A stretch of DNA of 64,000 bases, taken from the NCBI RefSeq assembly GCF_009914755.1, contig NC_060938.1. One strand, given 5' to 3'. The position numbers and the translations under genes were made by a program. The notes beneath the pieces were generated by a model. That model did not search any database, was not told where the DNA came from, and saw nothing but the letters and a program-made list of their open reading frames with translations. The DNA is from the human T2T-CHM13v2.0 reference genome, Homo sapiens. Below are positions 42,714-64,000 of this stretch, piece by piece; the stretch's first letter is position 1, and every line of letters begins with the position of its first letter.

Positions 42714-44834
42714 ACATAGGTATGGGCAAAGATTTCATGATGAAATCACCAAAAGCAACCACGATAAATTGACAAATGGGATCTAATTTAATTTAAATTA
42801 AATTTGTTTCTGCACAGCAAAACAAACTATCAATAAACAGACAACCTACAGAATTGGAGAAAAATTTTGCAAACTATGCATCAAAGGTCTCATATCCACC
42901 ATTTATAAGGAACTTAAACAAATTTACAAAACAACCCCATTGAAAAGTGGGCAAAGGACATGAACAGATACTTCTCAAAAGAAGACATAGATACAGTCAA
43001 CAAGCATATGAAAAAAAACCTCAACATCACTGATCACTAGAGAAATACAAATCAAAACCACAGGGAGATACCATCCCACACCAGTCAGAATGACTATTAT
43101 TAAAAAGTTCAAAAAAATAGCAGATGCTGGTGAGGTTGCAGAGAAAAGGGAACATTTATACACTGTTGGTGGAAGTGTAAATTAGTTCAACCATTGTGGA
43201 AGGCAGTGTAGTTATTCCTCAAAGAGCTAAAAACAACTACCACTTGACCCAGCAATCTCATTACTAGGTATATACCCAAAGGAATATAAATCATTCTACC
43301 ATAATGAGACATGCACACTGTGTTCACGGCAGCACTATTCACAATTACAAAGACATGGAACCAACCTAAATGCCCATTAATGGCAGATTGGATAAAGAAA
43401 ATATGGTACATATACATCATCAAATACTATGTAGCCATAAAAATGAACAAGCTCATGTCTTTTGCAGGATCACGAATGGAGCTGGAGGCCATTATTCTTA
43501 GCAAACTGATGCAGGAACAGAAAACCAAATACCATATGTTCTTACTTTTAAATTGGAGCTAAATGATGAGAACACATGGACACAAAGAGGGCAAAAAAGA
43601 CACTGGGGCCTACTTGAGGGTGGGAGGAGGGAGAGGATCAGAAAAAATAACTATTGGGTACTAGGCTTAGTACCTGGCTCATGAAATAATCTGTAAGATA
43701 AGCTTAGCTATATAGCAAACCTGCACATGTACCCCCTGAATCTAAAATAAAAGTTAAAAAAACACAGAATTATTAAACAAAGATAGATAAATAAAAACAA
43801 TCTAATCTGAAGAACTGAAAGAGAAAAAAGCCTAAAGAAAAACGAAAAAAGTACAGAGACTTGTGGTACAATATCAAGGGTATTAATGTAGGTATAATAG
43901 GAGTTCCAGAAAGAGAGAGGAGAAAGAAAGAAACAGAAAAAAAATTTAAGACATAATCCTGGAAAATGTCCCAAATTCTATTTAAAAATGGATTAGTCAA
44001 CAGATATAAGAACACAACAAACCTCACGTAGTTTAAAGAGAGCCTCACCTAGACACACCTTTATCGAACACTTGAAATAAAAGACAGAAATTTGGAAAGG
44101 AGGAAGTAAAAATGACTCATTGCATGCAGGAGATTATTAATACTAATACCGACTGATTTCTCATTAGAAACAATGGAGACCAGAAAGAAGTTCCATGACA
44201 TTCTGCATGCTGAGACAAATGCTGTCAACCAAGAATTTTATATCCAGAAAATTATCTAAAACTGAAGGTGAAATAAAGACATCCCCAGATAAACAAAGAT
44301 AATTCATTGCTAGCAGACTCACTTTCGAAAAAATTCTAAAGAAAATCTTTCAAGTAGAAAGGAAATTTCCCCCAGATAGCTGCTAAAATTCATAGAAACA
44401 AAGAATTCCAGAAATAGTAAATATTTTGGTGTATGTAATAGACTGCATAATATGTAGTTTCTGTTTTTTATTTATTTAAGAATGAGACTATTCTATATGT
44501 AAAAATATATATAAAGCAATAAATATAAGCAATAAAAATATAAGCAATAAAATAAAACTATATATATAAAGCAATAGTCATATGACTATATTATTGAATT
44601 TATAACATATATAGATAGCAATCTATTAAGAAAACAAAAATTATATATATACTCCCCTAATATACATACTCCCAGAATAATAGGTTCCCAAAATAAAAAC
44701 AAAAATGGACAGAATTAAAGGGAGAAATAGATAATTCAACAATAATAGTTGAAAACTTCAATATCCCTCATTCAACAATGGATAGAACTAAACAGAATAT
44801 TGTTATAACAAGGAAAGAGGAATTGAACAACATT

Positions 44835-44977
44835 TTATTTATTTATTTATTTATTTAGAGATGAATCTCGCTCTGTCACCCAGGCTGGAGTGCAGTGGCA
44901 CAATATCGGCTCACTGCAGTGGTACAATCTCGGCTCACTGCAACCTCCACCTCCCAGTTTCAAGTGATTCTTCCCAC
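44835..44977 (-). mobile_element. Alu right-monomer fragment with a 24-bp tandem duplication
   Basis: tgcagtgg(c/t)acaat(a/c)tcggctcac repeated twice; truncated. Confidence 0.85.
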
Positions 44978-45083
44978 TAAGAAAAACTCAGTTCCAGATG
45001 GTTTCACTAGTGAATTCTGCCAAATGTTTAAAAAGAATTAACAGCAGTACTTCACAAATTCTTCCACAAAGAAGAGGAGGAGG

Positions 45084-45389
45084 GGCTGGACGCAGTGGCT
45101 CATGCCTGTAATCCTAGTGCTTTGGGAGGCCAAGGCGGGTGGATCACCTGAGGTCGGGAGTTCGAGAACAGCCTGGCCAACGTGGCGAAACCCCGTCTCT
45201 ACTAAAAATACAAAAAAACAAGCCAGACATGGTGGCTCGTGCCTGTAGCCCCAGCTACTCAGGAGGCTGAGGCAGGAGAATTGTTTGAACCCGGGCAGGG
45301 GAGGTTGGCAGTGAGCCAAGATTGTGCCACGGCACTCCAGCCTGGGTGACAGAGCGAGACTCTGTCTCTGTGGAAAAAAAAAAAAAAAA
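45084..45389 (+). mobile_element. AluS
   Basis: Full-length; TSD AGGAGGAGGG. Confidence 0.9.
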
Positions 45390-48068
45390 GGAGGAGGGAA
45401 AATATCCCATCTCACTCTGTAAGGTCACTATTTCCCTGATGCTAAAATCAGAAAAAGTCATTATGAAAAAAAAAAAAACTACAGAGCAATATCTCTTATG
45501 AATATAGATGCCAAAATATTCAACAAAACTAACAAACTGAAGCCAGCAACATATAAAAAGGATACATCATGATTAGGTGGGATTTGTTCCAGGGTAAAAC
45601 AATGAATGTAATATATCATATTAATAAAATTAAGGACAAAAACCATACAATTATCTCAATGCAGAAAAAAAATTGAGAAATCCAATGCCCTTTCATGTTA
45701 AAAATGACAACAAGAACAACAGTATTAAACACTAAGAACAGTAGAAAACTTCTGTAACTTGATAAAGGGAATCTCCAAAAACACTCATGGCAATTATGAT
45801 ATTTAATGGTGAAAGATTGGAAGATTTTCTCCTAATATCTGGAACAAGACAAAGATTGTCTATTCTCACAACTTCTGTTCAGTACTGTGGAGGGTCTAGC
45901 TAGGGCAATGAAACAAGAAAAAGAAACGAAAGCCATTGACATTGAAAATGAAGAAGTAAAACTATCTCTATCTGCACACAAAATGATATTGTATGTAGAA
46001 ACTTCTAAGGAATCCACACAAAACGATTTAGAGGTAATACATCCAGCAGTTTACAGAATACAAAGTTAATATACAATACTCAACTGTATATCTATACACT
46101 AGCAGTGAACAATAAAAAATGAAATTAAGAAAACGATTCCACTTTCAATAGCATAAGAAGGAATAAAATACTTAGGAATAAATTTAACAAAAGATGAGCA
46201 AAAGTCATACCCTGACAACTACAAGATACTGTTGAAAGAAATTAGAGAATACCTAATTAAATGAAATGACTTTTTTTGTTCATAGATTGAAAGATTTGAC
46301 ATTGTTAACATGGCAGTATTCCTGAAATAAATCTGTAGATTCAAACAATCCCTGTCAAAATGTCATTTAGTTTATTGTTTGTTTTGTGTTGTTTTCAGAA
46401 ATTGACAACGGGATCCTAAAATTCATGTAGAGATGCAAGGGACTCAGAATAAACAAAATAATATTGAAAAAGGACAAAGTTGTAGGCCTCATACTCCTTG
46501 GTTTCAAAATTTACTACCATGCTACAATGATCAAGACAGGGTGGTGGTAGTGGCATAAGGCCAGACATATAGATCAATGGAACAGAATCAAGAGTCTAGA
46601 ATTAAACCATCACATATATGGTCAACTGATTTTTAACAAGGGTGCCAAGACCATTCAGTGGGGGAGAGAATTTTCTGTATTTTCAACAGCAGTGTATTTT
46701 CAACAACAGTCCTGGGACGACTGGATATGAACAAGAACAAATTTGAACCTCTGCCTTACACCATACACAAAAATTAACTCAAAATAGATGAAAGACCAAA
46801 TATAAGACATAAAACTAGAAAATTCTTCAAAGAAAACAAAGGCATAATCTTCAAGACCCACACAAAAACTTGGATACGAACATTCACAGAAGCATTGTTC
46901 ATGACAGTCACAAATTGAAAACAACTAAAATATCCATCAGTTAATGAATGGACAAAAAAATGGAGTATATCCATACAATGGAATATTTTTCAGCCATAAA
47001 AAGGAAGGAAGTACTTTGAATGAATGAACCTTGAAAACATTATGCTAGGAGAAAGAAGCTGGATATACAGGTTGCATGTTGTATGATTCCACTTATATGA
47101 AATGTCAAGACAAGGCAAGTTTATAAAGATGGAAAGCAGACTAGGAGCTGGGAGGTGGGGGGAATGAGAAATGACTGCTAATGGTTACAGGGTTTCTTTG
47201 GGGGGTAATGAAAATGTTTTGAAATCACATAACTGCATAACTTTGTGAATATGCTAAAAACTACTGAACTTTTAAAAGGGTATGTTTTATGGTATATAAA
47301 TTGTATGTTAATTAAAAAGAAATATGGAAGAAAAAAATTGGAATAAGATTCCTCCTCCAGGTGGCTGCAGTGCTGCATCTCAACACAAGGCTTGGTGAAC
47401 AGAGTGAGCCGGAGTCAAGCTTCACTTGCCATCTTGGCCAGGGACTCTTGTCAGGGGCACATATACATACAGGTTAATGGAACAGAATCGACAATCTAGA
47501 ATTGGCAGCTTTACATGGTCACTTGGATTGCTTCTTAGCCCTCCCTCTAGGCCAGCCTGTCCTCTGTCTCAGCCTCTGATCACAGTACAACTCCTTAGCT
47601 CGGGCCATGATTCCTCTCTGGAACTCCCTGGCAACCTGAATTTATTGCTGTCCCTTTCCTGGTCCTCCTGTCCTATACATCTCTCAGAATGTTCCCTGCT
47701 GGTCTGCCCAAGTACATAACTTGAAGTGGTTTCTGCAGTCTTCACATTTCCACCAAACACAGGCATGACTGCATTTGCAGACTTTTTAAACTTACTAGGA
47801 ATTCAGTTCCTCAGACTTCTGCTCCTTGCACATCTCTGCATTCTACAGCAGTTCTAGATTTTCTCTTTCTTGTCTTACCACCTATCAAGTGGATGACTCA
47901 CAGGAAATTAGCATGATCCCCACTTTTATTTTTTTCAAGCACATATGAAACATTTCATGCTTATAGCAAAATAAAAAACAAAACCAAAAGATATAATACC
48001 TAATCCACAAATAGCTGGAAAAAGGAAAGGTTGTGAATATCAAACAGTGCACAAAAAGTCACAAAACA

Positions 48069-48379
48069 GGCCAGGCACGGTGGCTCACACCTGTAATCCC
48101 AGCACTTTGGGAGGCCAAGGCAGGTGAATCACCTGAGGTCAGGAGTTAGAGACCAGCCTGGCCTACATGGTGAAACCCTGTCTCTACTAAAAATACAAAA
48201 ATTAGCTGGGCATGGTGGCACATGCCTGTAATCACAGCTACTGGGGAAGCCGAGGCAGGAGAATCACTTGAACCCAGGAAGCTGAGGTTGCAGTGAGCCG
48301 AGACTGCGCTACTGCACTGCAGCCTGGGTGAAAGAGTGAGACTCTGTCTCAACAAAACAAAACAAAACAAAACAAAAAA
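48069..48379 (+). mobile_element. AluS (Sx-like) with (CAAAA)n tail
   Basis: Full-length; directly followed by an L1 5' end. Confidence 0.92.
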
Positions 48380-55432
<7,053 letters not shown>

Positions 55433-55579
55433 GTCACAAAATAACCACAATATGATAAAATTAAATGCATCTGAGGCAACTAACATTATTTTTTATTTAA
55501 TAGAGTCTTGAGAAATATAACTCAATTAAGAAATCAGTAACATAGAATATTTAAACCTATGCCCATGTGTATTAACTAT

Positions 55580-56095
55580 ATTTTGTATTTTCTGTATCAT
55601 AGGATGTTTTGACATCTTCAGAGGCCTGCATGTATCAACAGTTTGTTCCTTTTTATTTATTTTTTTCTGAGTAACATTCCATGTTATGGATGTACCATGT
55701 ATTGTTTCATCATTCACCTGCTGAAGAAAGCTTCTGACTATTATAACTGCTGTGAACATCTGTGTATAATTTTTTTTTGTGCAAGCGTAAGTTTTTATTT
55801 CCCTGGGATAAATGCCAGAGTGCAATTACTGAGTCACAGGATAATTATATGTTTCATTATAGAAACTATCCAACTTTTTTGCAAAGTGGCTGTACAACTT
55901 TATATTCCCACCAGCAATGAATGAGTGATCCAGTATCTCCACATTCTTGCCGCATTTAGTGTTGCCACTGCTTATGACTTTAGCCATTCTGTTAATGTTG
56001 TTAGTCTCCTTGTGGTTTTAGTTTACATTGTCTCTGATGTTATTTCTCATGCTTACTTAACATCTATATATCCTCTTTGGTGAAATGTCTGCTTA
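55580..56095 (-). mobile_element. Old L1M (L1MC-like) ORF2 3' fragment
   Basis: ORF 55526-55825 GIYPREIKTY...QMFTA resembles the L1 ORF2 C-terminus. Confidence 0.7.
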
Positions 56096-60585
<4,490 letters not shown>

Positions 60586-60800
60586 GAACTGTTGCAGCCA
60601 TCTTATGATCATGAGGAGATGATGATGAGGAATACTCTGTAAGTCTAGTGCCCTGGCACTAGAGCTCTGTCAAGTCACCTATGTCTCTGAGATCTCCTTG
60701 CTCTAAAGTTCTTATTAAGTGAGTAGTGAATAACCTTAAGGTTCACACTGCCGATGAGTGGATTTTCTGCCACTTGCAGCCAAAAGCATTTCTACTGTTA
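60586..60800 (+). mobile_element. MLT1-type MaLR LTR fragment
   Basis: gcagccatctt...catgagg and acttgcagccaaaagcatt motifs. Confidence 0.5.
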
Positions 60801-62419
60801 AACTCACTAAGGTTCAGTAGCACTGTTGTACCTCTTCCCTGGCCCCTTCATCATGCAGACTCCTTGTTCCAGAGCAACAAAATCTTCTGTCTCCATTTTT
60901 TTGCTCATTTCTCTCACCATGAATGAGTTAGACATTTTCCAATATTTTATTTGAAGGTCATCATTGATCACTTTGAAAGTGTGCAACGACAAATAGAATA
61001 ACTAAATGAATGGGTTGCTATTGCAAAAATTGCCCAGTACATCAACATAACAGAAACATTCTCAATAAATCATCATAGAAGGGAAATACTAAGAATTTTG
61101 CAATAGTGCCTAGTGCAATAGTGTAGTGAGATAGTGTAAAGTTCCCCACTCAAAGTTTCCTTTGCAGAATGTGCATTAATAAGCAAGGACCAGAATTAGA
61201 TTTAAAATAATGATCTCATTAAACATTTATAGCCCAGCAGTAAATTTTTGCAAACAAATGCAATTTTGCAAACCACTCTTAACTTATATAGAAGGAAATT
61301 AAAAAAATAATAATCTGAAAGCCCAGGAAGCTGCTGAAGCAGCACTGAAATTTCTTCTCAGCAAGACGCAACCTGAATCCACAAAATCAGAACTCTTGTG
61401 GTATAAAATAAAGTTAGAGCTCTGCTCCAAATATATTCTTATTTTTCTTTTAATGTAATCTAACTTTAGGTGAAGATGGTTTTAAAAAGTCTTGAAGATG
61501 GCAACGTGGACCTAAATATATTCAGAAAAACTCACATCTGATGTTAAACTTGAAGTGAAAAGAAGTTTGACCAATTCGGCACATGTTTTAACCAATCTCC
61601 TTTGTGTCAGTACCTCCATAGCATATACTGGTCTCAGTCTCTTCACTTGCTCGAAGATGAAAAATATGCTGGAACAGGCTAAATAAGTGTTAATATAGTA
61701 ACTCATTATGCCCAAAGAAGGTAAATGACATCCAGGTGTCATGATGGCTAGTATATTTTTGCATGTGTATTTTGAGCCATTTCAGAAGGTATCCTTGGAC
61801 TCCTTCTATAACAGCAACATGGTTATTAACACGTCTTTAAAAGCAATTCCCATTAAAATATGAGTAAATTGGGAAAGGTGTACATGTACAACATTCCTTT
61901 CAGGACTTTCTAATCTGAGCTACCACATGTAGTTAATAGCAGTGCCCTCACTGATACCACTATGACCATCCATCACTCCATCCTGTTGGTTTTAAGTAGT
62001 GGACTCTACAGATGCATAAACTGGCCCAGTCTTTGTGTGGGTACATATGGAAGTGTACATAGGGAGGAGGGAGGGTTGTTATGTAAGGTTTTTAAAGACA
62101 GTTTGTCTTGTAAAGACACATCAAAAAGTCATACTTGTGGAAAAAAAAGAGAAAATGTTGAGTCAACCTATTCTCTCTTTGAGCATTTAAAAAAATTATA
62201 GTTTTACCATATTTGTGGAAAAGGATTCTTTCTTCTTATTTTAAACCCCTATTAGCTATAGGCCCACGATCCAGAGTTCTTGAAGAAATTCTCCTCATTA
62301 CTTCTTTTGCAACTGTCAGATAACATGGAAGGAAGATTACTTGTAACTCATATACAAACCAAAGAGCAGAGAAAAACATTCCACACTAAAAAGAATGAGT
62401 GATACCAACAATCGCACAT

Positions 62420-62625
62420 ATTAACATATACCAAATGATAGACACTGGACTAAGTGTTTCACATGGATTATTTTATTTAATCCTCACAACAGACTTACAA
62501 GGAAGGGCTGCTAATACTCAACCTTAGGTAACTTGACTACCCTCACAAAGCCCCTCAGTGGTAGAATCAAGTTTCAGACCCAGGTTTGCCTGGCTTCAGA
62601 GCACCAGGACACTTTACCACCTACT
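62420..62625 (-). mobile_element. MIR
   Basis: atttaatcctcacaac...ggtaacttg...gacccaggtttgcctggcttcagag. Confidence 0.7.
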
Positions 62626-63571
62626 GACACTTTCTAACAACCACCCACTGTCTGTACCAGAGAAGCTGGGGCCAGGGCACACAAAGGATCTAAAGCTTTT
62701 GAACCTGAAAAGGCCAATGCTTAGGCGGGGAACAGCTCTAAGCTTCCCCCATATGTCCACTCTACAGAGCTGGACCTGGGCTCAGAAATCAATGCAGAGA
62801 GACGATATTGTACGTTTAATCTTTTGTCTTGTTTGGTCTTTGGCTACTTCCCACAAAACAAAAACAAGAAAGCCTGATATTATATTTCTGACATCTAGTT
62901 CCTGCTTTTCTCTTTCCTGAAATGGACACTATACAACCTAATGCCACAGTGATTAGGACACAATTAGTAGGAAGCACAAATGTTGAAAGTCTCTAAAATC
63001 AGCCTTGCCTTCTCTCTTGGCTTTAGGATGTGAATCTAGTCTGGTTAAGCTACAGGCAGGGAAGAGTGCCCTGGCTTTGCTACTTATCAGCCTTACTACT
63101 TTAGATGCCATTTGACCTCTTTGAGCTCAGGTTTGTCACCAGGAAAAAGGAGACACTTGCTCACAACACATATGTAAATAGCCAGCAATTATGGTGGTCA
63201 GTAAATAGCAGCTGGTGTCCATTCAGCAGAAAGTGAAATTAGACAGTGCACCTCAACATAAAAAGCCATTCCACAATAGCAAGTAAAGCGCTATGATGTT
63301 ACTCCAGCTTGAACAAAGCCAGTGCAGGATCTCAAAAAATGTTACTTTAAAACACTCAAATTCCAAGGATAATTATTATGCTTTTACTATGGTGCTTCGA
63401 GTTTCATAATAATCCACATAAAGGACACATCATATGGCAAATTTCAAAATTAATATCAAGGAAGGTGCTGTCTTTCTCAAGCAGATTGTATGTTTTATTA
63501 GATGATGGTTATTTATTGCATTCATTATTTGTTGAATGAGTGATTTGTTGAATGAATGAATACAAGATATT

Positions 63572-63890
<319 letters not shown>

Positions 63891-64000
63891 AAGATATTTC
63901 TTTTTTGCCTTGACTTCTTTGGTTAACTAGGAAGCTCAAAGTGAAATAATTTACCCCTTTTCTTTATGACATTGGTTTCCTGTTTCTCTCTTTTTCAACT

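Larger units (their letters stand above)
35069..43762 (+). mobile_element. Full-length degenerate L1PA15/16-like element hosting MIR5586, an L1PA8 and an Alu
   Basis: 5' UTR with tandem monomers; ORF1 (37314) and ORF2 endonuclease (37912, CCLQETHL) remnants; old-L1PA-type 3' UTR. Confidence 0.82.
43763..47330 (+). mobile_element. Old L1M (L1MB-like), internally deleted
   Basis: ORF1/ORF2 remnants (45887: EEVKLSLSAHKMILYVE) and L1MB-type 3' UTR. Confidence 0.72.

Noticed and set aside
61440-61690. Apparent + strand acceptor (tttag|GTGAAG) with coding-like sequence
   Set aside because: The frames I translated close early and resemble no protein I recognise.

Overview
Human genomic DNA from inside the RTN1 (reticulon-1) gene, which is transcribed on the minus strand. 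A human-specific AluYb8 supports the species call. The only protein-coding exon I can support is the alternative first exon of the short neuronal isoform RTN1-C (MQATADSTKMDCVWSNWKSQ, 21383-21443, minus), lying in a CpG island. An intronic microRNA hairpin at 37901-37959 (minus) matches MIR5586 as I recall it. Most of the rest is transposable-element sequence: a two-LTR LTR8/HUERS-P1 provirus inserted into a MIR, a near-full-length Tigger1, an MST LTR, MER33/MER5A/MER6-type elements, about 20 Alus, and a ~27 kb nested L1 cluster. I see no novel multi-gene system. The most interesting signals are mechanistic: (1) the MIR5586 hairpin appears to have arisen in one step by a local inverted duplication inside L1 ORF2; (2) two adjacent L1s of different subfamilies share private frameshifts, suggesting gene conversion; (3) an inverted Alu-Alu fusion has only a 19-nt spacer; (4) a 137-bp L1-Alu junction was copied non-tandemly; (5) a young L1 carries a 3' transduction tag; (6) an intact ORF0-like frame is oriented with RTN1; (7) a UGCAU/RBFOX motif cluster follows the RTN1-C donor. 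Subfamily names come from recalled consensus sequences and need RepeatMasker/Dfam confirmation.
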